Positions 17,452-27,492 of a DNA stretch of 64,000 bases are shown here, in pieces (position 1 is the stretch's first letter; every line of letters starts with the position of its first letter). The notes below the pieces were generated by a model. That model was given only the letters and a program-made list of their open reading frames with translations. It did not search any database and was not told where the DNA came from. The stretch lies in the NCBI GenBank assembly GCA_946965045.2, contig OX337228.1, forward strand, positions 6,758,001 to 6,822,000. The letters run 5' to 3'. The DNA is from Epithemia pelagica (taxonomy: Eukaryota; Protista; Bacillariophyta). Position numbers and translations under genes: made by a program.

Positions 17452-18885
17452 TTAGTCCAAGGAACGCCGCAGTCGTTGAAGGGCCAAAGCCACGGCCCAC
17501 GACAAGACTCCCGACAAGACGTAACCAATCACTTCGGTACCAAGGGCCTGGACTCGTTTCCAATACAAGTCTCGTTCCACACGTTGACGTTTCTCCTTCC
17601 ATGCCTCTTGCGCGTGTCGTGCCGCCTCCAAATCCTCTGCCGTGGACCGCCACGAAATGTATTCAAAATGAGATTCCACCACCTTGTCCAAAATCATTTC
17701 TTCCAGACTGTCTTGGTGTTGTGAGGATGATGATGATGATTGGGGCGGTCTCGACAGCTTTTGCATGGTCCATTGTTGTGCACTTGTAGGTACAGCTTCT
17801 CGTTGTGTGTCGGGTCCCAAGATCCATACGGTATCGTATCGAGTTTCTAGAATATTACCCACCACCAAATGAACTCCATAGGCTTGGACGGCTCGTTCGG
17901 CCTTTTCCCGTAATATGGCCGCGTCGGTTTCCAACTTGAAACTTACACAAAAGGCGGACGGTGCCCATTCGGACCGCAATCGTCCAATTGTTTTGGGAAC
18001 AGGTTTCAAATGCAGTGTCAAACCACCAGCATTGGAAGATTCGTTCTGGTTCTGATTCTTGTTGTTGTTGTGGATTGTTTCAGATGACGATGAGGAGGAT
18101 TGAATCTTGTGTTCGGCCCGTTCGGCTCGAGGAATGTAAAAATCGGACACGGCGGCCGCCAAATAGGTGAGGGCCAAGGAATGACAGGGCTGGAGGGCAG
18201 TGGCACACATTTGTAGTTTGGTCAGATACTCTTCCACTGTTCGAAACGAAATGGTCAAGAGTCGACGCTCCTGTTGAACTGTCGAGAATTCACGCATGGC
18301 CTTTTGGAGTCGAGCTGAATGTTGCAGAGCTCGTGACAAGTGATGACCATGCCCCGTGGGAGTGTCGGCAAACAATATGGATGCGTGCGCATTTGCCATG
18401 GACGACGATTGATACGTGCCACCATCAATATCGTTCTTGGTCAACCAAGGATCTTCTTTTCGCAGCACTTCACGTAGAGATTCCTCTTCTCCTTCTTCAT
18501 TGTCCATGTCATTCATCGCTTCACCCGCGTTTGTGGTACGTGTGGATGGAAAGAGTTTGGACAGCGCTTCTGTATCAAGCCCAAAATGAGGTGGATGGCC
18601 CAGTTCTTGTGCCAAGACTCGTGCATATGGCGATGCCGATCCTTGTCTCCACAAATGAATGACGGCATATCCTCGTCGTAAGAACCCCTCGACTGCCGTG
18701 GCACCTCGGACGCCGGTGCTAAAATTCTCCAAACATCGGACACTGTGCAATTCGAGATCGGCCGCTGTTCCACCTGAAGAAACCAAGGCGATGGGTCGAT
18801 TCCGGTCACCATGCAAGACCACAAAGGCGTCCAAATCTTGAGAGAGTGCCCTCTCTTCGGCTTTTGTCAAGGCGTTCAATACCAT
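17452..18885 (-). CDS. PPCS: Phosphopantothenate-cysteine ligase (CoaB/PPCS)
   Basis: IALVSSGGT, VRCLENFSTGVRGA, YLAAAVSDFYIP, VSFKLETD, VVGNILETR. Confidence 0.92.
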   Translation of the reverse strand: MVLNALTKAEERALSQDLDAFVVLHGDRNRPIALVSSGGTAADLELHSVRCLENFSTGVRGATAVEGFLRRGYAVIHLWRQGSASPYARVLAQELGHPPHFGLDTEALSKLFPSTRTTNAGEAMNDMDNEEGEEESLREVLRKEDPWLTKNDIDGGTYQSSSMANAHASILFADTPTGHGHHLSRALQHSARLQKAMREFSTVQQERRLLTISFRTVEEYLTKLQMCATALQPCHSLALTYLAAAVSDFYIPRAERAEHKIQSSSSSSETIHNNNKNQNQNESSNAGGLTLHLKPVPKTIGRLRSEWAPSAFCVSFKLETDAAILREKAERAVQAYGVHLVVGNILETRYDTVWILGPDTQREAVPTSAQQWTMQKLSRPPQSSSSSSQHQDSLEEMILDKVVESHFEYISWRSTAEDLEAARHAQEAWKEKRQRVERDLYWKRVQALGTEVIGYVLSGVLSWAVALALQRLRRSLD

Positions 18886-19522
18886 GTCATTCGTCGTTTT
18901 CGGAAAAGATTTTCAGAACAAGTTTGACCTGAAAGGATCTGGCATGTAATTTTACTGCGACTAATACTGATGAGAGCTACCCGCTCTACCACATTAATGA
19001 AACCCCATCACAATTTCTCCTACTCTAGCACATTTCATGGGACATGGGACACTTCTAGAACTTGGCCAATTCTGGTGCGAATATCAAGAGCAATGGACAG
19101 CCATTCTTTCTTAGAGAAAAGAGTCTACGCTCGGCCCTGAGAGTATATCATGAAGCCACTCCTACTACAGGAGTACCGTGTTGACAGCTCATGAAGGTCA
19201 AGAGTCCAGCACGTTGTGCAGTGGGAAACCGTTTCTCTCGCGAGATCTAAATTAGGCACAGGAACAATTACAGGGACAGAGTACATCATGCAAGTACCTT
19301 TCCTACGATGTTAACAGCTTCTGACGACCAAGTGTAATGGACAACAGTTTCTCTCTCGATCAACAAAAGATAGATGGAGTAGACATGGAACATGCAACCA
19401 CTTCTATGGAAAGTTGACTGCTGATGATGATCAAGCGCAATGTAAGGTCTGCTGACTGGTACTCGGAAGAACGGCGGGAAATATGAATACTAAAGAGGCG
19501 AAACATCATGTCTATGTTGGTA

Positions 19523-21308
19523 TTACTTGAGAGTTTTGAGGAAAGCTCGCACGTCGTCGCTGACTTCCTCTTTCGGTAACACTTTACCACCTGATTCACC
19601 ACCAGTGACGACACCAACGCCAGAACGCTTTGGTGTTGGAGCTGGAGCAATTGGGGCGGGTGCCGGTGCAGCAGGTTCTGCCTTCTTTTCTTCCTTTGCG
19701 GCCTTTTTCGCGGCTTCAGCGGCGGCCTTCTCAGCAGCAGTCTCTTCAGCGGCCTTTTTGGCAGCGGCTTCATCCGCAGCCTTCTTGGCGGCTGCTTCTT
19801 CAGCGGCTTTCTTGCTAGCAGCTTCCTCGGCGGCCTTCTTGGCAGCTGCTTCTTCAGCAGCCTTCTTGGCGGCAGCTGCCTCCTTCTCTGCGGCTGCGGC
19901 CTGTTTCGTATTAAATCAAGTTAGTCGCTGAAATGCATGAGATTGTATGCGTGTTTTCGACAAGTCTTACCTTCGCCTCAGCCTTTTGGGCCGCGGCTTC
20001 CGCCTCAACGGTTTCTTCGGCAAGCTTGGCTTCTTTGGCGGCGTCATCCTTAGCAGCCTTCTTCAATGCCGAGACTTCTTCAATCTTTCCAACCTCTTTC
20101 TCTGTTAGCTTTTTCTCCAACGCAATATTTCCCTTTTTCAAGGCTGCCAACTCTTCCTTTTCAAGGCCTTCCTTAACTCCAGCAAGCTTGGATTCAGCGG
20201 CGGCAGCAGCCTTTGCTTCTGCCTGGGCCTTCTTTTCAGCCTTTTCTGTTTCGGCTTCCTTCTTGGCCGCTTCCTTCTCTAGCTGTTCGGCTTCCGAACG
20301 CGCAGCAGACGCCTTCTTCAAAAGGCTATCGTAGGAATCATCCGTGGCCTCAGCCTTTTTGACAGTCTGCGCTCTTACAGGGGTGGCCTTATTGGACGAA
20401 GCGGCTTGCTTGGCTTCAATCGCAGCTCTCTTGGCCGCAAGACGCTCTTTTTGGGCAGCCAAGATCTTGGCTCGTGCTTCATCCGAGGCACTGGGAGCCT
20501 TGGTCTCGGACACCTTGGCACTGCCGGAAGATCCTGGAACAGAAATAGAAGGAGCAGAAAGAGGGAATTCGCCTCCACCAAAGGGGTTGGTAAGGATCGC
20601 TCCTGCTGAGACGGCGGCAGCTCCCAAGAATCCCTGGAGAATCCGACGTGTGAGGATCAACTCGCCTATAGATCGACAAACAGACAAGAGGGTAATTCAT
20701 TATAGACTCACCAACGCAGTGGCCACGCCGCCACCATCGACTTCGACAGTCTTGGACGCCTTTTGGGCAGCTTCACGTGCCGCAATTTCCTGTTGGATCT
20801 GTTCACGACGAGCAGCAGTGTTGGCGAGGAAGGAGCGACCAGCACTCAAGGCAAGCAAAGGAGCCACCACCAAAGGCGCGGCACCAAGAGCAATTCCTGG
20901 TCCAACTGCACCAGTATCAGGAACCGATGGAAGATCGACCTTGGGAAGGTCAACCTTGGGAAGACTGGGAGGAGGTGGAGGAACCGGGGGCTTCACAACC
21001 ACAGTTGGTGCAGGCTTAGGAGCCGGAGCCGGCTTGGGGGCAGGCGCAGGCTTGGGAGCCGGATCTGGCTTAGGAGCTGGTGCTGGTTTGGGTGCCGGTG
21101 CGGGCTTGGGCTTTGGGGCAGGTTTGGGTGCCTTCTTTGGCTTCTCGGCCACTTGCGCTGGTGCCGGTGCTCCAAGAAGCTTGGCCTCCAGATCTTCCAC
21201 AGCATTCAGGCTCACAGTGGGTCGGCCAAATCGAGTTTGAGGGAAAACAAACCCGTAGACCGAATTAAGGCCAATCGCAGCCAAAACCGTACTTCTGCTG
21301 AACTTCAT
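19523..21308 (-). CDS. Plastid-targeted membrane protein with PAPK repeats and TolA-like AAEEAAAKK repeats (exons 21308-20712, 20633-19971, 19900-19523)
   Basis: Three ORF segments join in frame through GT-AG introns 20634-20711 and 19901-19970. The signal peptide ends YG-FVFP. Two hydrophobic segments flank a short charged helix. Confidence 0.8.
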
Positions 21309-21400
21309 GGTTGATTCTATTGGATTGTCAAACCAATGAGTCTCAGGATTTCCGACGTGTGGCAATTGCAGTTTGAACTTACGTATCTTTTCTACGGGAC

Positions 21401-21408
21401 TGACGTCA
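21401..21408. promoter_or_regulatory. CRE-type palindrome TGACGTCA
   Basis: 93 bp upstream of the ATG at 21308; matches a bZIP recognition core. Function is inferred. Confidence 0.35.
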
Positions 21409-21520
21409 TTCACGAAGCGGACATCGCCTTTTGTCCGTAACAATGGCCAAGTCTGATGGACTAAAGTCACGCCAACAACAATATAGGTGCGATACGACAC
21501 CATCAATCAAAACACAAAAC

Positions 21521-21559
21521 CAAAACCACACAATTGCAAAACCACACAATTGCAAAACC
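21521..21559 (+). repeat. 16-bp tandem repeat caaaaccacacaattg x2.4
   Basis: Read directly; lies in the upstream region of the 21308 gene. Confidence 0.7.
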
Positions 21560-22128
21560 TTGCAACACCATGTTTTGCACCAGTCACCCCAATATACTCC
21601 CCCGCCCCAATGGCAGAATTCATCCCAAACATGGACGCAGCCCCACTCCTCTGCGAACTAGCCGCTTAGGAGTCACACTCTCGTATAGACAGTAAATTAG
21701 TTTTCAAAAAAGTTAGTCCACCTGTCCTCTATCTATGAGATATCGACAAAGCAAAGCTCACCAAGTTGCGTTATTCTATAGCTATTTGTTGCTTTCATTG
21801 AACATTAAACTTAAAACAAGGAGGAAAGTCTTGCATAAGATCTCGTGACATGCAGCAGGGCTCTGATTCTATAGGATGAGGCACTGTTCGAGATAGACCG
21901 ACTTTCCCGTCCATTCTTCCAACTGGAATCATAGAAAAACGATCTCAACAGTTGGTTTCTTTCATTGATGTTACGCAACTGGTCGATCAGCACCTTCCAA
22001 CAAAGAGGGCACGTCTTGTTTGATTCGCCAAACTCTGTTCCCTGTTCGGTTGCGCAGAGTGTGCCATTGGTTTCACGCGTGTCCAGGAGAAAAGACTATG
22101 TGGCAGCGCCCAGTACAGACTTTAAATA

Positions 22129-23898
22129 TCAAAAATCCTCTAGACCGTAGGGATCAAAAGTGTCCAGATTGTCGTCTTCCAGCTCAAAAACAGCAGCCAG
22201 TTTGCTGTTGACTTGAACATTTTCTTCACCGTAGAGCAACTCGTAGAGATCACGTCGTTCCTCCCGTAGCCGAGAGACGGAACCATTCTCATCTCCCTTT
22301 TTCCGTTTGGGGCTTGATTCCTCTTCTTCTTCTTTTTCCTGTGTTGGTGGAGCGGTCGTTGTTGTTGCTACAATTGGTTCCTTTTCAGACTGTGTAGTTT
22401 CTTGGTTGTTCATTGTAGTGGTCGATACCGATGGAGCACTTCGTTGTTTCGGTTGAAGTGGGACCACTTCCACAGCTTTGCTTTTCTCGGTTACCTGGGT
22501 TCCTGATGTTGAAGTTTTTCTCTTGGTCGTTGGCTTGGACTGTTTCTGTTTCCGAGGGCCAGACAGGGGTTGAATGACGCGGATCGTGGATTCCAGATCG
22601 TCGTCACTGCTGGCTGATAATGTCGAAAGGGAACTTTGTTCGGCAGATACAGAGACCGTCTTGGATGACGGTTTTTTCCTCGTGCTTGGTGATTTTGTCG
22701 ACGGTGGTCTTCTCTTGCGCGGTTTGGGTTGTACCATGTCGGCTTCTGTCCTCCTGGCCAATGAATCGGTGATTTTTTTCCGGTATTCACTATCTTGCCA
22801 TCTTAATTTCATGGCCTCACTAATCTTTTCCCGATGAGCAGGATCCAGCTGCTGCTTCGAGTAGCTTCGTTTGGTCATTTTCGCCATCATGGATTGTCGG
22901 AATTCCGGATCCTGCCACTTCTTTTTCAGGGTTTCGCTGATTTTTTGACGAATCTCCTCTCGTGAATTGAGGACAGAGGTTTTGTTCTGCATGTTGGAAC
23001 GATAATCAGCATCGTTCGCCCATCTCTTTTTGAGCGATTCCGATATTTTCCGTCGCGTTTCTTCACTATGTACAAATCCACGACGAACCTTGTCGGGGTC
23101 CACCTTTTTGCGACGAATCTCTCCTCGGGCATGTTTTTCTTTGAGAATTTTGGAAATCTTTTGGCGCGTTTCCATGGTTGGTGTGTAGCCTCCGTTGGCG
23201 GTCTTTCTCGCTCGTCGTTCGGCGTCTCGTTTCCGGCGTTCCGCCTTTTTTTGTTCTTGGTATTCTTGTTCCGTCAACCCCAAATCCTGGAGCTTTTGTA
23301 AGAAACGCTCCCGGTTTTTGGCTCGGACACCGGCCGCTATTTTCGCCTTTTCTTCCTCGGATCGTTGCTTTCCCTTATTCCAGGGAGTCTTTCCCTTGTT
23401 GGCCGCCGAAATTTTGGCCTTGGAGGCCACGGTATGACTGTATCCACCCTTTTCGGTCGGCATGCGGACATCGGCGGCCATGACGGACGAAAAGGAAGTT
23501 CCAGCAACTCCATGGAACAGTTCATGTTCCTCCAGAATCGGAAGGCCATTCTTATCATTCACTGTAACATTGGGGGCGTAATAGACGTCCATGTGATGAC
23601 CATGATGAGCGTCGACATCCTGCAGAGCCAAGCCCCAAGCAGTCCTTGGGGAAAACGACGACTTGGGCGCCAGTGGTACAGACTTTGGTACATTGGACAG
23701 GCATCTCATGGAAAACACTCGTTGACTCCCCACACAATCAAACCCATGTGTGCCTCGAGCGGTCCACAAAAGGGAGATGAGGGTCGCAGGAAGGAACATT
23801 AGTAGGACACCTGGTTGTTCCATGGTTCTGTACCACGCCCTACCGGGTTGGCTTTGCATTTTCCTCCTCGTTCGTCGTTTGTGTGGTCGATCTAGCAT
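22129..23898 (-). CDS. NUMOD3-repeat nucleic-acid-binding protein, probably organelle-targeted
   Basis: About six motifs of the H/xSEETRxKISxxxK type, plus TPWNKGK; N-terminal hydrophobic signal ending THG-F. The start could be a later ATG. Confidence 0.8.
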   Translation of the reverse strand: MLDRPHKRRTRRKMQSQPGRAWYRTMEQPGVLLMFLPATLISLLWTARGTHGFDCVGSQRVFSMRCLSNVPKSVPLAPKSSFSPRTAWGLALQDVDAHHGHHMDVYYAPNVTVNDKNGLPILEEHELFHGVAGTSFSSVMAADVRMPTEKGGYSHTVASKAKISAANKGKTPWNKGKQRSEEEKAKIAAGVRAKNRERFLQKLQDLGLTEQEYQEQKKAERRKRDAERRARKTANGGYTPTMETRQKISKILKEKHARGEIRRKKVDPDKVRRGFVHSEETRRKISESLKKRWANDADYRSNMQNKTSVLNSREEIRQKISETLKKKWQDPEFRQSMMAKMTKRSYSKQQLDPAHREKISEAMKLRWQDSEYRKKITDSLARRTEADMVQPKPRKRRPPSTKSPSTRKKPSSKTVSVSAEQSSLSTLSASSDDDLESTIRVIQPLSGPRKQKQSKPTTKRKTSTSGTQVTEKSKAVEVVPLQPKQRSAPSVSTTTMNNQETTQSEKEPIVATTTTAPPTQEKEEEEESSPKRKKGDENGSVSRLREERRDLYELLYGEENVQVNSKLAAVFELEDDNLDTFDPYGLEDF

Positions 23899-24162
23899 GG
23901 GTTCCGGTCCACCTATCGAAGTACTGCAATATCCTTGGGGATGGCAACCACAAAGCCGACCAGAGAGACAAGCGAGACCGGAACGAACTCGTCAACGTCA
24001 ATGGAAGGCAAAGGTTGCATCAGTGATGGATTTTGGATGGACCGGGACAGCGCGACTGATACGCGATAATGAAAACGCCGGCGCGCATGTCGCGCACGCA
24101 CCTCCACGGAGCAGATTCTGCCCCCAAATATTTTTCAAGATTGCAAAAATTGTTCTTTGACC

Positions 24163-25431
24163 ATGGCAGCAACCACAACCGATTCTCCGTCGCGGAAAAA
24201 GACTGGCAAGCCAGCGAGTGGAGGTGGCAAAGATGACAAAAAGAGGAAACTGAAAGAATACAACAAACATTGGAAAGGTTATGTGTTTATTTTTCTGAGC
24301 TCTCTCATTAGTAAGTCCGAACCAATACATTCCATTGGACAATCCCAAGATACGTTGGATCTCATCTCTCACCAACTGCTGTGCCTGCCTTTGTGGAAAG
24401 ACTTGTCGGCGGCCAGCAACGCTGCCAACTCCTTGACTGATGCGGGGAGTTGGCAAATGGCCGTAACGTTTGGCAGTGTCACGTTTGCCCTTTCCTGCTT
24501 GATTCTTCTCTTGGACCGCACCAAATGGCTCAACGAAAAATGTGGCGATTATACCAAAGCCTATGACGGTAAGCTTGAGGGGACTGTCCTTGTCTTGTTC
24601 ATTGTATGGTGGATCATCGGCGTCGGCTACCAAACTCAAGTGGATGGCATCGCCTACTTGGCCAACAATGTGTACTTTAGCGCCTGGTTGTGCCTGGCCT
24701 CGTGCATCTACACCTTGAACAAATGGTCCACCGAGAAGGATATCTTATCGATCGAAGAAATCACAAGTATTAGCATTACACTTCCCAGTTGGTATTTGCT
24801 TTTATTTGGAAGCATGATCGTGACGGGAACTTCCATGCATTTGTGGTTTGAAGTGTCGGACGATTTGCGGTCCGAAGCCGCCCTGGGCATGGCCTTGGGA
24901 GCTGGATCCTTGGCGGTGAGCTCGATTTGGATCATGGCGCATTACAATTTTATTGAAGTGATTAATGAAGGTGGTTGGTTGGAACTTTGCTCGAGCTTTT
25001 TGGCCATTTTACTCTGGATTGTCGGTTGTGCCGTCCTGACCCAAGAGGGTGGCATTGCCGCCACCTTGGTCGGCGATGGCTGTCGCAACTCATTGTCCAT
25101 GGGAACGTCACCCGAGAACTGTACCGTTTCTTATTTGAACGAACGCAATCAGATCCAACAAGAACAGTGTACGGATATTCGACGACGACTCATTCCGGGG
25201 TCCAACCTCTATGCCAGTCTCTGGCTGTGTTTGGGGTCCGCCATTAGTGTCGCCTTCAAGTGGAAAAAACAACAGGCTCAGAATTTTGCCCATGCCGCAC
25301 AACAAAAGGCGGGAACGGGCAAGGCAGCATCATCCCAAGGCAATGACGATGACCATGACGACGACGATGATGATGATGATGATGATGATGATGAAAGTCT
25401 CAATGACTTTCACGATGTCGATGTCTTTTGA
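24163..25431 (+). CDS. Multi-pass membrane protein of unknown function (probable intron 24311-24400)
   Basis: About eight hydrophobic segments in two similar halves (NVYFSAWLC / NLYASLWLC), with a poly-D tail. Confidence 0.8.
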   Translation: MAATTTDSPSRKKTGKPASGGGKDDKKRKLKEYNKHWKGYVFIFLSSLISKSEPIHSIGQSQDTLDLISHQLLCLPLWKDLSAASNAANSLTDAGSWQMAVTFGSVTFALSCLILLLDRTKWLNEKCGDYTKAYDGKLEGTVLVLFIVWWIIGVGYQTQVDGIAYLANNVYFSAWLCLASCIYTLNKWSTEKDILSIEEITSISITLPSWYLLLFGSMIVTGTSMHLWFEVSDDLRSEAALGMALGAGSLAVSSIWIMAHYNFIEVINEGGWLELCSSFLAILLWIVGCAVLTQEGGIAATLVGDGCRNSLSMGTSPENCTVSYLNERNQIQQEQCTDIRRRLIPGSNLYASLWLCLGSAISVAFKWKKQQAQNFAHAAQQKAGTGKAASSQGNDDDHDDDDDDDDDDDDESLNDFHDVDVF

Positions 25432-25640
25432 GTGGTACCTACACCACACACAAAAACGATTGACCAAAGGACAAGGCTACAGAGGATAGGTTGGGTCATG
25501 TGGTGTATGATTCTTCCCTACAATTCTTATGGTTGCTCCGCCGAGCATCCTGGGGGCGCGTGCGCTATCGTTTGTGAGCTGTACGTGTTGTGTGGGTTGG
25601 GCCCCATTTATTCGGGTCTTATGGCAGGCATTCTTCCTCT

Positions 25641-27059
25641 CTACTTGGCCCGTGGCTTTTTCTCGTCTTCGAGTTTTTGGTACTGTTGCTTGGCTAACGA
25701 ATAGACTAGTACCCCAGCCAGTCCAATCGCCGATCCAATGGCTGCTTGTAGGGTGATTTCGTTCCGAAAGACCATGACCGAGGCCACGAGGATAAAGACT
25801 CGTTTCATGGTATTGCCCACGGCCAAGGTGACGGGATGGACCGAGCCCAAGGCCAAGTACATGACTTCATTGTTCAAATAGTGAAAGAGACCGGACAAGA
25901 GGACACTAAGAATGAGTTGGTCCGGTGCTTGTTGTTCCAGAGCCTCGGACCACGTCGATCGAATCGACGACCCTTCCCCCATAATCGTCAAGGGAATGGA
26001 AATGATAAAGGCGGCAATCGTGACGAGGGCAAAGACATTGGGGGGTGTCAGGTTGGTTCCAATCGGTGGTTGACCTTCTGGCGTGGTCATGGCGACTTTG
26101 GACAAGACGGCCCGGAGGGCAAAGGCGAGGTTACTGCCCATGGCCATGCCAAAGGCAAGCCAGGAAAAACTCCGTTCCTTCAAGCAGGCATATCCGACGC
26201 CGCCCACGACGGGCAACAAACTGGCATAGACCGGGGCCGGCATCCATTTGCCAAAACACAGGGCGGACACGACGGCACTAAAAAAGGGTTCCATGGCCTT
26301 GACAATGTGGGTAAAGGAGACCGGGCCGGCATTCAAACTCAGGACGGTACACAATTGACCCGTCGCATGCCACACACCCACGTTGCGGACGGCGGTTTTG
26401 CCACTGGCTTCCAAGGTTGGCACCGACCGTAACCCGAGTGTCCACAAGGCCATGGCGTACAAGGCGCCAATCCCCAATTGGAGGGAACCAACTGTCATGG
26501 GGGCATCCCAGACATTGAGCACGCGCTTGTTGACGACTAAAAAAAGAATCGAGCAGGACGAAAACAACAACAGAACCAAAGGAAAATAATAAAGAAGAAG
26601 AGTGTTTTGAGTGAGTCTGTAATTAAAACAATCCATAATCCACCAACTTGCAATGTTCCTTTCCCTCGTGCAGTACGTACTGTTGTAGACAATGTTGAGG
26701 GCATACCACAGGGCAAAATAAAAGCCAATCAAAGCTCGACGCAACAGATCCTCCACCAGGGGGCTACGGACCGCACCTCCCCGTGGTGGAAGCGAATCAG
26801 GAGTCGTATTCTTCATTGCAGAGGAGGACGAGGAGTTGGGTCCATCCTCCTCCTGGTTGTGAGGCGGCGGTCGCCGCCGAAGACCCGTGGTGGATGGAGT
26901 CGAAATGGTGACGGGGCGTTTCCGGAATTCGGCTGCCTCCGCCGAATCGGTATTAGTGCTGATAACAAGAAGGAAGAAGAACCACAAGGATACGATTTGC
27001 CACCAAGACCACCGTTTGTTTGTCTTTGTTCCAACCACACGGTGGGTGGACGGGTCCAT
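25641..27059 (-). CDS. Triose-phosphate/phosphate translocator family (exons 27059-26681, 26536-25641)
   Basis: WYALNIVYN/IVNK, VSFTHIVKAMEPFFSA, VGNTMKRVFILVAS, with an N-terminal signal-like segment. Confidence 0.92.
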   Translation of the reverse strand: MDPSTHRVVGTKTNKRWSWWQIVSLWFFFLLVISTNTDSAEAAEFRKRPVTISTPSTTGLRRRPPPHNQEEDGPNSSSSSAMKNTTPDSLPPRGGAVRSPLVEDLLRRALIGFYFALWYALNIVYNSTYCTRERNIASWWIMDCFNYRLTQNTLLLYYFPLVLLLFSSCSILFLVVNKRVLNVWDAPMTVGSLQLGIGALYAMALWTLGLRSVPTLEASGKTAVRNVGVWHATGQLCTVLSLNAGPVSFTHIVKAMEPFFSAVVSALCFGKWMPAPVYASLLPVVGGVGYACLKERSFSWLAFGMAMGSNLAFALRAVLSKVAMTTPEGQPPIGTNLTPPNVFALVTIAAFIISIPLTIMGEGSSIRSTWSEALEQQAPDQLILSVLLSGLFHYLNNEVMYLALGSVHPVTLAVGNTMKRVFILVASVMVFRNEITLQAAIGSAIGLAGVLVYSLAKQQYQKLEDEKKPRAK

Positions 27060-27492
27060 GGTCGGGTGTCGTTTGACAAAAAGAACAAATCTTGATGGGA
27101 GGACGAGACATGAAGATGACACACGTCACACAGACAGACGGACGGACGAACTGGAGCTGACAGGAGTCCCGGATACTTTTGTAACGGGACTCCATTTATA
27201 CTACTTTTGGTCGCCCATAAAATGAATGCCAGGGCTGCATTTGCGTCCTCGGTATCTTCTTCGCACCTCCCTCGTTTCATCTTCTCTCGACAGCTTGTCA
27301 AGACGCGTACGAGAAACTTGTCAACTGTCAACATCTCCTTATCATCTCTCTCGTCGTCGGTAATCGCTTCGCTTCTCTTTCTCGCTTCGATTGCTTCGTT
27401 GCTTGTTCTTTGGTCGTTCCCCTCGCCATCGCGTGATTGTTGCTGGCTTGACTTGTTTCATTCATTCATTCTACAAACGAGAGTGTCATACC

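Noticed and set aside
20344-21240. 298-aa plus-strand ORF (also 19527-19931)
   Set aside because: Antisense shadow of the Ala/Lys/Pro repeat gene.
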